From NCBI RefSeq assembly GCF_006345805.1, contig NC_043000.1, positions 133,486,001 to 133,550,000 of the forward strand: a DNA stretch of 64,000 nucleotides, in the 5' to 3' direction. Shown in pieces: positions 12,131-25,359 of the stretch. The notes under the pieces were generated by a model. That model was given only the letters and a program-made list of their open reading frames with translations, searched no databases and was not told where the DNA came from. Both the position numbers and the translations under genes were made by a program. Position 1 is the stretch's first letter, and each line of letters starts with the position of its first letter. Source of the DNA: Octopus sinensis. Its lineage: Eukaryota.

Positions 12131-12730
12131 AGGGCGGTGAGCTGGCAGAATGGTTAGCACACCGGGTGAAATGCTCAGCTGTATTTCGTCTGCCGTTACG
12201 TTCTGAGTTCAAATTCTGCCGAGGTCGACTTTGCCTTTCATCCTTTCGGGATCGATAAATTAAGTACCAGTTACGCACTGGGATCGATGTAATCGACTTA
12301 ATTCGTTTGTCTGTCCTTGTTTGTCCTCTCTGTGTTTAGCCTCTTGTGGGTAGTAAAGAAATAGGTATTTCGTCAGTCGCTACGTTCTGAGTTCAAATTG
12401 CGCCGAAGTCGACTTTGCCTTTCATCCTTTCGGGGTCGATTAAATAAGTACCAGCTACGCACTGGGGTCGATGTAATCGACTTAATCCGTTTGTCTGTCC
12501 TTGTTTGTCCCCTCTGTGTTTAGCCTCTTGTGGGTAATAAAGAAATAGGTATTTCGCCTGCCGCTACGTTCTGAGTTCAAATTCCGCCGAGGTCGACTTT
12601 GCCTTTCATCCTTTCGGGGTCGATAAATTAAGTACCAGTTACGCACTGAGGTCGATGTAATCGACTTAAACCGTTTGTCTACCCTTGTTTGTCCTCTCTG
12701 TGTTTAGCCCCTTGTGGGTAGTTAAAAATA
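12131..12730 (+). mobile_element. SINE family B head-to-tail trimer (184-bp units)
   Basis: One head, then units joined at gaaata|ggtattt (12363/4 and 12547/8). Confidence 0.9.
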
Positions 12731-13378
12731 AATTACTCATTGCCTGCCACTAAGCTTAGTACGCGCATTTATCGTGTACCTCTCAATGTCTCTAACTCCT
12801 TTTCTTTCAACGATGTAAAACGTGATTGGAAAAATCAACTAGCGAACCAACCAACATGTATATTGGCTATTATTAGAGATACACAAACATACATACATGT
12901 ATACATACACACATGCACATACGTAGCCCTCAACTGCTGGTCAAGTTTATCCTATTCTAACTTTAATTACGTGTGTGTTTGTGATGGACAGAAAATTGCG
13001 TATGTATGAGAGTATGTGGGAGTGGGAATGTATATAAGCGTGTGTCATGTATTTGGCGTTCCTCGACTTTACCATTCCCTTACCACTGCCTGTCAATTTC
13101 AATGTTCTTCTGTCAACCTTAACTTGCACTAACTCTTTCTGTGTCTATTTTACTCTTTCTCCCTCTCTCTCTATACGATAGAAAGCGTAACTGAAGAAAT
13201 CAATCCGTCAACCAACTCTATATTGGATATTATTATATAGACTCAACTCTTCCTCCATGAAAGCATAGATCTTCGAGTCATCACTGTAAGGTCGGTGGTT
13301 CTTATTTTGTACCCAGCACTGTAATGTGTCCTTATTTGACACAATATACATTTAAAATGTTTCTTTTAAGTAATAAAT

Positions 13379-13635
13379 GAATCGGGTTGCTTGAGAACGC
13401 AGCCCAAAGCGGGTGGTAAGCTCCATCCAAGGCTAAATATGGGGGACGAGTCCGATAGCCGACAAGTACCGCGAGGGAAGGTTGAAAAGAACTTTGGAGA
13501 GAGAGAGTTCAAGAGACCGTGAAACCGCCCAGGGGTAAACGGGTAGGACCGCTCATTGCGATCGCGAGGGGACTCAGTCCGCTGCTTCCCGCCGAGGTGC
13601 CGTCGTTGACGACGAACGCGCCGTTGGCGGCAGCC
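13379..13635 (+). pseudogene. 28S rRNA fragment (conserved core between D1 and D2, into D2)
   Basis: cgggttgcttgagaacgcagcccaaagcgggtggtaagctccatccaaggctaaat...acaagtaccgcgagggaaggttgaaaagaacttt...gtgaaaccg matches the eukaryotic LSU rRNA core. Isolated, with no other rDNA nearby. Confidence 0.93.
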
Positions 13636-13954
13636 ATAAGATGTTTCTGCACATCTTATGGGTTGAAGAACTGATTTAAGCTTTTTAATTTAACAATGAT
13701 ATAGAGCTGTTATTTCAACAACCATAATATAGTCTTCTGTCATTGATGTTAGCAGCTCAACCGATCTACCAGGTGCTTCCCTGTTGAGTAAAATTTTAAA
13801 ATGTTAGTCGAGAGAAAGTGTAGACTATACACTGTAGAAACTCTTTTGTCGGTTTTGCACCTTCGTTGGCTCGAGCCTTCTATGGTTGATAAAATAAGTT
13901 GAAGCAACATATGCAGTTCTTTTTCCTTTTTAACTCGACCCTATTACCTGGCAA

Positions 13955-14181
13955 AGCATCATGATCGTAAGGTTGTGGTTTCGATTCCTAGACCGGGCAA
14001 CGCGTTGTGTTCTTGAGCAAAACACTTCATTTCACGTTGCTCCAGTCCACTCAGCTGGCAAAAATGAGTAACGCTGCGATGAACTGGCGTCCCGTCCAGC
14101 TGGGGAACACATACGCCATTGAAACCGGGAAACCGGGCCCATGAGCCTGGCTAGGCTTTAAAAGGGCGCATTCATTTTACT
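13955..14181 (+). mobile_element. SINE family C, 5'-truncated, 13-bp TSD
   Basis: TSD tattacctggcaa at 13942-13954 and 14182-14194. Body ttgagcaaaacacttcatttcacgttgctccagtccactcagctgg. Confidence 0.9.
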
Positions 14182-14547
14182 TATTACCTGGCAATGTTGC
14201 AGTTTCTTGGAGTTACTCTTAATCTATGTTAAACGATTTAGAAATACATTCTTAACTGGATAGATCACAGTAAATACGTTCTTAACTAGGTAGATCACGG
14301 TAAATTCAAAAGTGCTCAACTCAAATATTTAAATGAGAAAATAGTGAGGATACAGGCGACCGAGAGCTAAAGATTTTTGACAAATTTCATTGCAAACGCC
14401 TGTAAACCGGTGACAAGATGTTAACTGCAATTCTGCTGTTGTTTAGTAGATGGAAGCCTTATTGGTTCAGTCAGCTGTAGCTCTAACTAGTGATGATTTG
14501 TGTCGGTAAAAGACAGTTAATAACGTTCGCAAAATTAAGTGGACAGT

Positions 14548-14808
14548 AGAGGCGCGTGGCTTAGTGGTTAGGGTATCAGCATCATGATCGTAAGATTGTG
14601 GTTTCGATTCCTGGACCGGGCGACGCGTTGTGTTCTTGAGCAAAACACTTCATTTCACGCTGTTCCAGTCCACTCAGCTGGCAAAAATGAGTAACGCTGC
14701 GATGGACTGGCGTCCCGTCCAGCTGGGGAACACATATGTCATAGAAACCGGGAAACCGGGCCCATGAGCCTGGCTAGGCTTTAAAAGGGCGCATTTATTT
14801 ATTTATTT
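14548..14808 (+). mobile_element. SINE family C, full length (head ggcgcgtggcttagtggttagggt)
   Basis: tRNA-like A/B boxes and (attt)n tail. Near-identical to the 13955 and 22530 copies. Confidence 0.9.
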
Positions 14809-16227
14809 AATGTGGACAAGGGAAGTTTCGTCTCTGATTTAAATGTTAGGGTTCGCCTCCTATCGTGGAGGTGGATTTTTAAAATAGGCACCATATAAGA
14901 AATGCTTGTCGACTAAGTACTTGACTAGTACTTATTGTACTTATTTAATCAATGAAGTTTCGATTAAACTATCTTCGATTCCATTAATGTTCAACTCTTC
15001 CCGCGACCTAGGAACTCATTCATAGCTAAAAATTTTATGAACTGATTTTTGACGGCGCCGATCATCACTATATAGACTCCCAGCATTCTTAGCGTTTGTT
15101 TCATATAGTTGCATACTTGCATCGTAAATAGCCAAATGTATGAAAGATAAGAGTGATTGCTTCGTATACCATGTAGTAGATATAAAATTCGAAAAGATCA
15201 ATATGCACAGGCAATGATAGTTGCTGATACATTTATGTGTTGAACTAAATATGTTTAATTAGATTTTTAATGCTCACTTCATTAGATATATTAACATTAA
15301 CTTAGCTTTTGTTTTTTCATGCGAATGGCATCTCTGAGTAATGAAACCGAGTGAGTTATAATTTTTTTTTGAACTAGTCAAGCATAAACTGTTGTTTTTA
15401 AAAAAGTACTAATATAAATAGATTATTTCTATGTGTTCTTTAGATCGAGGTCAAATCTGACATCCAACAAACCTATCTAAAGAATTCCAGCAGTAATCAT
15501 CCTATCTTTTATTGGTGGAGGAAGGGATATTTAAGACTATATTATCGAATATGTTACTCCAAAATTTTTACAACTATTGAGAGTTATTCGAGAGCAATTT
15601 GGCTGCTATTTCTGACAGGAACAGCAACTAAGTATAGGTTTCCTATTGGTTCGATTATTTTCTATGCTCAGTTCACTAGTTCGACAACCAATCCACAATA
15701 TCCCATCACTTGCATACAAAAATGTTTGCGATATTTCTATAGCTTTTTACAATTGTTGCATCTAAAACTAAAACAGTGAACAGAATAAATGAGATTTCCC
15801 AGTCTGTATTGATTCTATTCTGCAGGAATTATATTATATTATGGTTCAAGTGGAACCAAAGAAATTTGACCATATCTGAATACATATTCAGTGGTGATTG
15901 TTAGCCACTCAGTCAAATACAATTTATCAAATACATACATACATACATACATACATACATACATACATACATAGGAGTGTGTATGCGTATCTGTATGTGT
16001 GCGTGTATGTGTATCTGTGTGTGCGTGCGCATGTGCCTATTATTCTACTGTTAATTATATCCTGATTCATATACTACTGATAAAACTATGACATGAAAAC
16101 CTATCAAACTTTGAATTTAAATCAATTACACACACACACGTGTGTGTGTTTAAATATATATGTGTGAGTGTGTGTGTGTGTGTGTATGTAAATATACATG
16201 TGTATGTAAATACATGTGTGTGTGTAA

Positions 16228-16284
<57 letters not shown>

Positions 16285-16492
16285 GAGGATATGAGGCGTT
16301 TTCGTCAGGATGACTAAAACTAATAGGTATGCGTTCTGAGTGCTCCAGTAGGTATGTCACCGAAATCCCAGTGAGAACAGCGGTTGAAGTTGTGGCTGTG
16401 TGATTGTCTTGTTTATTAACGGCTAGAGGTGGCATCCCTTTGAGTCTAAAGTAGTGAGGAAAGGCTAACAACTATGCAATGTAGAACAAAGG

Positions 16493-16828
16493 CATTTAAT
16501 TCAATCTAAAGTTTATCTATATAACGAATAGTAAAAATAATACAAAATAGAAAAGATAGTCTCTGACATCTGTTTCTGGGGTTTCCCAGTTATTGGAGCA
16601 TCGTATGGAGCGATGACTCGGTAAGTTGGGTATACCGTCATCAGAGAAATATAGGTTAGACAGTGGAAAAATATTCCTCATCAATGATATTTGTTGTGGT
16701 TCATTGTCTCCAGGAGACTGCACCAATAGCTGGAATATCCCAGAAACAGCTCTCAGAGACTATCGTTACTATTTTATACTATTTGTACCATTCGTTACGG
16801 AGCTAAATTTTAGATTGAATTAAATGAA
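16493..16828. mobile_element. Old foldback/MITE-like element with ~110-bp imperfect terminal inverted repeats
   Basis: 16493-16602 is the reverse complement of 16720-16828 at roughly 75% identity (ccagaaacag..tcagagactatc..tttagattgaattaaatg). Confidence 0.7.
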
Positions 16829-16887
16829 ATTAAATGTCTTTGTTTTCGATTGCCCAATTGTTTGCCATACCTCACTACTTTAACTTA

Positions 16888-17435
<548 letters not shown>

Positions 17436-17664
17436 AATTATGAATGTATGCGCATACATAAAACCTATGACAAATATGCCATGTAACCATGTACATGCTA
17501 TACTTCCGGTCCATCCTCTCATTTGCTGAATTCATATACACAAAGCACCGACTACTTTTAAAGTCATTGAGCTCTTTATGGATTTAAATACCTTGCGTAA
17601 GTGAACAATTAAACTAATCTAAACTCATGAGGGCATATCTACTACATAATTATTAATATAATGA

Positions 17665-17778
17665 ACGAGGCAGCGAGTTGACAGAATTGTTAGCACACTG
17701 GACGAAATGCTTAGTGGTATTTCACCCGTCGCTACGTTCTCTCCCTCAAATTTCAGGCCTTGTGCCTATAATAGAATG

Positions 17779-17821
<43 letters not shown>

Positions 17822-18013
17822 GGTGGCGAGCTGGCAGAATCGTTAGCGCGCTAGACGAAATGCGTAGCGGTGTCTCGCTCGCTGGCACGTTCTGAGTACA
17901 AATTCCGCCGAGTACAAATTCGGGGGGGGGGGCGATAAAATAAGTACGAGTTAAACACTGGGGTTGATGTGATCGACTCATCCCCCTCACTAAATTGCTG
18001 TCTTTGTGGCCAA

Positions 18014-18044
<31 letters not shown>
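17665..18044 (+). mobile_element. Two diverged SINE family B copies with (ATT)n tails
   Basis: Heads at ~17668 and 17821; (att)n at 17780-17820 and 18016-18044. Confidence 0.75.
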
Positions 18045-18382
18045 CCTTCGTAACACAGTGTAGGTAAAATGCACCAGAGTCTTTAGTCATCTATCAAGTC
18101 ACAATAAGGATCTCAGACAGATAATACTTTCCTTAAGATGCGCGCTGCCCAATAAGGCTGCTTTTTGCAAGACATCAAACTTGCATGGAATTTCTAGTTG
18201 CCTTAAGAAGTTTTGAAATTTTGATGGGATTGAGCCCAACCACTGATTTCACTTTTACATTACCCTCTCGGATTCCATACAGTCTTGCCATTTCCACTTT
18301 CAATTCGGACGAATTGGTGAGTTTTTCACAACATTCATGTCATTTAGTATGGCTACATCAATGATCTGACAGTGTTTGTCTC
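18045..18382 (-). mobile_element. R4/Dong-like RLE non-LTR element, 3' fragment (copy 2)
   Basis: DKHCQIIDVAILNDMNV..ELKVEMARLYG..FLRQLEIPCKFDVLQKAALLGSA.ILRKVLSV* (frameshifted), then a short 3'UTR and (TAA)n. Confidence 0.8.
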
Positions 18383-18397
18383 TATTATTATTATTAT

Positions 18398-19265
18398 ATG
18401 AAAACTCACAGCTTATTTCGCTGGGTATGATGGAAAGTGTCAGCTGACCACAGCTAGCAGACTAAGGTGACACTTGTTTACTGGTCATGCTCCAAGAACC
18501 CTACGAAGAATTCTTGCAGTTCCAAGCAATGCTGATTTTTGTAGGTGTTCTACCTTCACACTTGCACCGATCTTTTTGAACTATGTAGGTTGTTGAGTGC
18601 TGATACTTCCAAGTGACCCAATTACTATTGGTATCACGTCTACTCTCGTCATTGGCCACAACCTTCGGATTTCTCACTTCAAATAGTCATAGCTGTTTAC
18701 TTTTTCTTCTTCTTTCACATTGATCCTGTTGTCACCGGGGCATGCTATGTCGATTATCATGCATGTTCCTTTTTTATTGACCACAACAATGTCCGGTTTC
18801 CGATGTCTGGTCAGGTGGTTGCACTGGATTATTGTACCCCCACAGGATTTTGCAATTCTCATTCTCAGTGACTCCCTTTGCTCTTTGTAGGACGTGATTT
18901 GCACAGAGCTCCCAGTGGATCATTCTTGCCACATTGTCATGTCGCCATTTATATTCGCGTTGTGCCAATTTCGGGCACTCGCTAACGATGTGCCATACCA
19001 TTTCACCCCCCTCACCACACATTCTGTATTTGCCGCTATCGGTAGTGTTGTCTATTCTGCACTTCACATAGTTGGTCCTTAACGCTTGTTCTTGAGCTAT
19101 GCGTTTGAGTGCTTCTGTCGCTATCTCCAAGTCACTCCTCATCTGTATCTGTCTTCGCGTTCACATTGCTTGCAAACTGACCGTACGTTTATTTCCTTCC
19201 ATGCTTTTTCTTCTTTTGTGTTCATTTCTTGTTTAAATTTTTCTTTCATTGCACAATTTTCAGTT
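18398..19265 (-). mobile_element. R4/Dong-like RLE non-LTR element, 5'-truncated (copy 1)
   Basis: CCHC knuckle RMCGEGGEMVWHIVSECPKLAQREYKWRHD, RLE motif RKPDIVVV..CMIIDIACP, C-terminus LQKSALLGTARILRRVL, (TAA)n tail at 18383-18397. Confidence 0.9.
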
Positions 19266-19281
19266 TTGATGAAAAAAAAAA

Positions 19282-19333
<52 letters not shown>

Positions 19334-19354
19334 CTTGTTCAAATTTATAGTAAA

Positions 19355-19478
19355 ACAAAGACGTAGACAGGTGTAGGAACAACAAGCAAGTGTATTAGTT
19401 TGACGCTCGGGAAAAATGACAAAGTCTTCGAGCCTACCGCTCTTCGACAGAAATGAATAAGTGGGAAAGAGAATAAGA

Positions 19479-19480
<2 letters not shown>
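19355..19480 (-). mobile_element. Penelope-like short element (same family as 10025-10140)
   Basis: Shares tattagtttgacgctcgggaa and gagcctaccgctcttcgacag; flanked by (TA)n. Confidence 0.6.
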
Positions 19481-19516
<36 letters not shown>

Positions 19517-19630
19517 GTGTACACGATATTTTATATGAATAATATATAGTCTATTGGCTAAATGTTTTTGCGCTAGGCCACTGGTAATAAAAATGTCTAT
19601 AATTCTTATTACCCTAATATTATTTATTAT

Positions 19631-19672
<42 letters not shown>

Positions 19673-20224
19673 GACGGACTTCTTTCAGTTTCACTCACAA
19701 GGCCCGAGGCTATAGTTGAAGACACTTGCCCAAGGTACCACGCAGTTTGCTGGAAAGCACAAAAAATGACAACATTTTATTTAGAAGACACGCTCAGGTT
19801 TGACAGAATCTATCACAGGGACGCGCGCATGAATAGGAACACACTTGTGTCTTGCCAAAATCACGGAAGTTTTCCTTGTCCCATCGAAGGAACCATTGCG
19901 GACAGGTCTCGCAGACAGTTTGAGTAAATATTTATTTATTCAAAGAAAGTTGGCATATGGCACCATATGCACAATCTTCAAAACAGCGGACAAGGAGAAG
20001 GAGCAAACCTAAATTATACCAAACGAACATAAGGCAGTCCGACGATACCTGGAAAAAAGAAAGACAAGGCTCGCTGTCAAAGTAATCACTGACGACGTCG
20101 ACCTCTGGCTTGTGGTCGCCTTCGTGGCACAAAGTGGGAAGGTGTTCAGTGCTGATATAACCTTCGGCGATATATTATCGGATGGGGTCAGCATGAACAT
20201 ACAAGAAAGGCTTATTAGCATTAT

Positions 20225-20865
20225 TAAGGCGGTGAGCTGGCACGCCGATCAAAATGCTTGGCGGCATTTCGTCCGTCTTTATATTTTGATTTCAAATTCC
20301 GTCGAAGTCGACCTTGCCTTTCATCCTTCGGGATCGACAAAATAGGCATCACTTTAGCACAGGGATCAATGTAATTGATTGTAGCCCTTTCTTGAAATTG
20401 CTCGACTTGAGCCAAAATTTTAAATTATAATAATTATAATAATAATAATTATTATTATTATAATGAAGGTGGCGAGCTGGCAGAATCGTTATTGCGTCTG
20501 AGTTCAAATTCCGCCGAGGTTGACGTTGCCTTTCATCCTTTCGGGATCGATAAATTAAGTACCAGATACGCACTGGGGTCGATGTGATCGACTTAATCCC
20601 TTTGTCTGTCCTTGTTTGTCCCCTCTATGTTTAGCTCCTTGTTGGCAATAAAAAAAATAAGAATCGTTATCGCGTCAGAAAAAAAAGTTTAGCAGTATTT
20701 CTTTCGACTTTACGTTCTGAGTTCAAATGTCACCGGTGTCGACTTAGCCTTTCATCCTCTCGGGTTCAATAAAATAAGTACCAGTCATGTACTGGAGTCG
20801 ATGTAATCGACTAGCCCGTTTCCCCAAAATTTCAGGCCTTGTGCCTATATTAGAAAGGATTATTT
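20225..20865 (+). mobile_element. Cluster of three diverged or nested SINE family B copies
   Basis: Heads at ~20227 and 20467, body at ~20690-20865, with (ATT)-rich spacers. Confidence 0.8.
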
Positions 20866-22529
20866 ATTTATTTGCGTGTGCAATGAAAAAGTACTCGATG
20901 CATCATGTAATAGATTTTGACGTATCTATTCGACGTTGAGTTTCGAAAGTGACCCCACCGAACAGATTAAGATCTCCACTGAAGAGCCTACTTAGTACCA
21001 TGTCAGTATCACTTTTGCTGAGCAGAGGATATAGTTCAGCATCAATACCGTGAAATAAACGAGTTACTATTGATAATGATAATGATGGTTAGATTCATGC
21101 GAAATTTTTTCTAGAAAACTTAAGATGTATGACATTCCACTCATGACCATTTCATCTGTTTAAATATACGTACAACTACATATTTCAATGCGTTCTACCT
21201 TTAAATAAAACAGAAGGGTGTAACTGGAAAGAGATCTGGGTGCTACTTTTAGCAAGTCAAACGATCACATCGAAGTTCCGTCGTTGACTTGAATAGACGA
21301 GGGCTTGTTTAAAATACAGAGCTGAGTTGAACTCACTCCGTTCTTTCTCTTTTAGGTAAATAACGTTTTGTTAAGGAACAGAAAAGTAAATCACTGAACA
21401 CTCAGCTACTTAAAACCAGTGGCACACGAACCTGAGCCAAGCCGAGGCTGCTTATGTTTGAAGGCGTTTTTGAGGATGGAATAAGACAGAACTACAGACA
21501 CGCATACATGTGATGTGGGTTTATGTTAATGATAATCGTATTTCACTCCTAAATCGTTTCATACCACGAACATTATAACATATCACATGCAATGCAGATA
21601 TTTTTTTTAAAGAAATGTAATTAGCTTTTCGATTTTCCTGCTTGTAAGCGATTCTACAAGATTCTGAAATTTAGGATTTTTCCAATAGCAGAACGATAGC
21701 TGAACGGTTGCAGAACGCCCATCTACGACACAAAAGTGGGAGGGTCTAATATCTTATGCTAGTAATAAATGCATAAATCTGTATTAGTGTTTGCACAACT
21801 TCTATTCTCCGTATGTAGCTTTCTTAAGCGGTTACTTATAAGTAATTAAACCACGCTGTAATTAAACGGGGACAAATATCGATTATTCCTCACCAAGTAG
21901 CGCATTTTCGAAATATATGGTCCTCTCTCTATATATGAGTCTATATATGTAGATATATACGTGTCTATATATGTCAATTATTCCACTAAGTTTTTTTTTT
22001 CCCATTTGTGCCCATCTACACTCGCACGGTACATGCATACACGCACGTGTCCATCTCTCCATCTAAAAATACCTACATGCATACATACATACTTATATAC
22101 ATATACATAGATGCATACATACATTCATACATACATGCATACATGCATAGAAATACAATATATATGTATGTATATATATATATACTTTATTAATAAAACT
22201 GCAAAGGCATCACAAAAGCTGTTACTCAGTTTCACGTTCCCGTTCGTCGGGCAGTTTTGGTTGAGAATTGAACAGATATATTGTCGAGAGAGAGAGAGAG
22301 AGAGAGAAGAGAAGAGAAAAAAGAGGGAGAGAGAGAGTGATGGGGGAGGAAAAAGTAATGTTTGATACTTGCATGCGGATACACCGATAGAAAAATAGAT
22401 AAATGCATTGATAGATAATCATATAAACACATAGAGGGAAACTCATATACATAAGGAAAGTATCAGATGCATTTTTCTGTTGTGGTTGTTGTCGTTCAAT
22501 CCCCATTTTGGTCCCACTTGACCATAATC

Positions 22530-22782
22530 AAATAAATGCGCCCTTTTAAAGCCTAGCCAGGCTCATGGGCCCGGTTTTCCAGTTTCTATGGCGTATGTGT
22601 TCCCCAGCTGGACGGGATGCCAGTCCATCGCAGCGTTACTCATTTTTGCCAGCTGAGTGGACTGGAACAACGTGAAATGAAGTGTTTTGCTCAAGAATAC
22701 AACGGGTCACCCGGTCCAGGAATCGAAACCACAATCTTACGATCATGATGCTGACACCCTAACCACTAAGCCACACGCCTCC
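22530..22782 (-). mobile_element. SINE family C, full length
   Basis: Reverse complement of the 14548 copy. Confidence 0.9.
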
Positions 22783-23235
22783 ACTCACTCGACCATGCCT
22801 TTGATAAAAAACATTCTAACCGTGATCATTACAGTATTTTTATGCGGTTATTACATTATCCTATGTGTCTTTCTTGTTTTTTAAAGACGGTAGGGTTATT
22901 CATGGGAGATGTTATTTCAAGCAAACCAAACAACCACAATGAAGTTCCCTGTTTGTTCCATTTGAGAAACTTTTGTAACGTGACAATGAGCTAGATGTTT
23001 CATAAACTATCGACAAACTAACAAATTTTTGATAAATTAATTTCTTGCATATGTAAATCCTGGTTATAGACCAATGACACGACCGTAAGGTTATGCGACA
23101 TTTAGTTATTTCGAACATAGAATGTCTTTTTGCTAACCAATCATATCACATAATCTGAATCAACTAACGTTCTATCAAATAGAGATAATATTTGCTAATG
23201 ACACTTTGGTTTCGATTCTTGATTAAGAATTAAGA

Positions 23236-23606
23236 TCTCTCTCTATATAAACGGCAGTTTGTCTGTGTGTCTGTTAGGTTGTACCCTCACCCTGACCACG
23301 GCTTTCAACCGATTCTGATGAAACTTGACACACACATAGCCCAATGTCATAATTCAAAACTAACGCAGCGAAAATTTTGAAAAGTTCCCCCAGTTCTGAA
23401 AAAAATCGATAAATTCGACATGGGGTCGAGAATCAGAAACACAAACCACAGACTGTCATGGGGACGCAACTCGACCTTTTTACTCTCAAAAAAAATTTAC
23501 CATCATTTTTTTTCCATTTTTTTGCTATTTTTGGGGTATAACTCTCTAAAAATGCTTTATAGTTATTTCCCTTACAAACCCGAGCAACGCCGGGCGATAC
23601 TGCTAG
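23236..23606 (+). mobile_element. Non-autonomous Helitron
   Basis: A|TCTCTCTCTATATAAA...acccgagcaacgccgggcgatactgCTAG|T. The 3' ~70 bp are shared with the 6732 copy. Confidence 0.88.
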
Positions 23607-25359
23607 TAGACAATATAAGTGGAGAAAAATTTGGTCCATTTTTATTACTTTTCTCTTTGGGAAAATCATAAACGACGTAATCTTTTATTTCACTTTCCTA
23701 ACTTATAAAAGTCAACCTTCAAACCTATATAAGACTGAATTATCCTTTATGCCTAATAGGTCTATGGGTAAATAATTCGATTTCAACTTCCAATTGTAAT
23801 CGCTGTTGCTCTATCACTAAAGTTATTAAAGAAGAGCATTCACGTTAAAACTCCATATTTGCCCTTCTATTTAACTATTAGAAGAGAATCATTGTTGAAT
23901 TAATAGGGTGTAGGTCCATAAACTGAACGGCTGGACGTTCGTATCAATACCGATACAGTATTGTGTCCGCCACCAAGACAATTTAAGTACCACTGGCTAA
24001 GTGCAGCTGGTTTTAAGTAGACATCGTAACGACGCACAGTGTGAATGGTATGTCGTTGACAAAATTTTCGTCCATGCGAACAAACTATATATATATATAT
24101 ATATAAAGTTATTTTCACATATGTAGAAAATCCAATCATAAATTTACAAGAAAAGATTTATTTAATATGATATTTGACACCGTGTCTTTCCTAGGCGCAT
24201 TTAAAAAGCATAACAGAAAAGAAATTTCTTAAAGTGGACATCGACTCCACAGACAATTTGCTTATTACATAAGCGAGGACTTCAACTGGAGTACAAAACA
24301 CTGTTTGATAATATAAGGATTCAAGATGCTTCAAATAAGAAGCCGACATGTATAAACAGCAAATACTCAATCGTTGCCCCTTAATGCGCTTTGGTGTTTC
24401 AAGGTTCTTATCTTAGTTTTCTCTTAGGGTTGACTTTGTCGTTCATTAGAGGTTAAAATAGTAAATAACAATAAAATATCAATATACTATGGACGTTTCT
24501 TTAGAAAATTTTCTGGTTTTTTTTTTGTGCTTAGTTAGAGGATTATAACCATTTTCAGGTTTCTGTGACTCGTAGTTTTGGGTTGGGCAAAAGTAGAAGA
24601 AATCCTTAAACAGAAAACCTGGTTCGAATGCTTGCAACAGTGGGGACTCCATTGAGCGTGTAAAAGAAACAGGAAGCGCTGTTAAATCCAGTCGGTGGAT
24701 TAGATCTACCTCACAAAAAGTGCTAGCATCTGAAGGGCTTCTCCAAACCTTTCCTCAACCCAATTTTATTCGAAAAATTTGAAGTTTACCCCAAGACTAT
24801 GGTGGAATACTCCAGCGTAGTGCTGCAAAATGGGAGCGAACCCAGAATTACGTGATTATGAAACGAATTATTTGTTCTTAATTGTGCCGGAAAAAGGTGA
24901 ATGAGACGGTTGAAACAAGATGGCCGGACTAGATGCTTTTTACTATCTACTCTGTTGTTTGTTTTTATTTTTAAGTGAAAAAAAACACCCCCCACCAAAT
25001 ATCGACTGATGCTTCTTTCATCATGATCGATAAAATAAGAACTCTTAATATATTGGCATCATGAATGTTTAGACAAATTATCTTTCGTTTATCAGTAACA
25101 ACAACAAGAATAGCATGAATAATAACGTGAACATCAATATTAATAGTAATTTTTTATGTTAGAACCAAGCTGAATGTTTATGGGTAAGAATGTGGCCTGT
25201 ATCTGAACGCTTTTACTTAATACGAACATATTTTATCGACCTATGAGAACTCAAAGGGATTTGATCTTAAGGCTTAAGGGAATTAAACTACATATTGCAA
25301 GGTATTCTACTGATAATGCCGTTCTTCGCTCTTGAATAATAATAATTTCAAGAACAGGC

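Noticed and set aside
12096-12278. Recurrent MRNWY.IYR.RKDERQSRPR and IYQIHSQGFGRPEAIVEDTCP ORFs at many loci
   Set aside because: They are antisense or sense translations of SINE families B and A, not a gene family.
12131-12730. CRISPR-like or satellite interpretation of the regular ~184-bp repeats
   Set aside because: There are no unique spacers; the units are SINE bodies in a eukaryotic context.
21745-21920. Possible Helitron-like 5' end (atcttatgctagtaataaatgc)
   Set aside because: No matching 3' hairpin and CTAG terminus was found.
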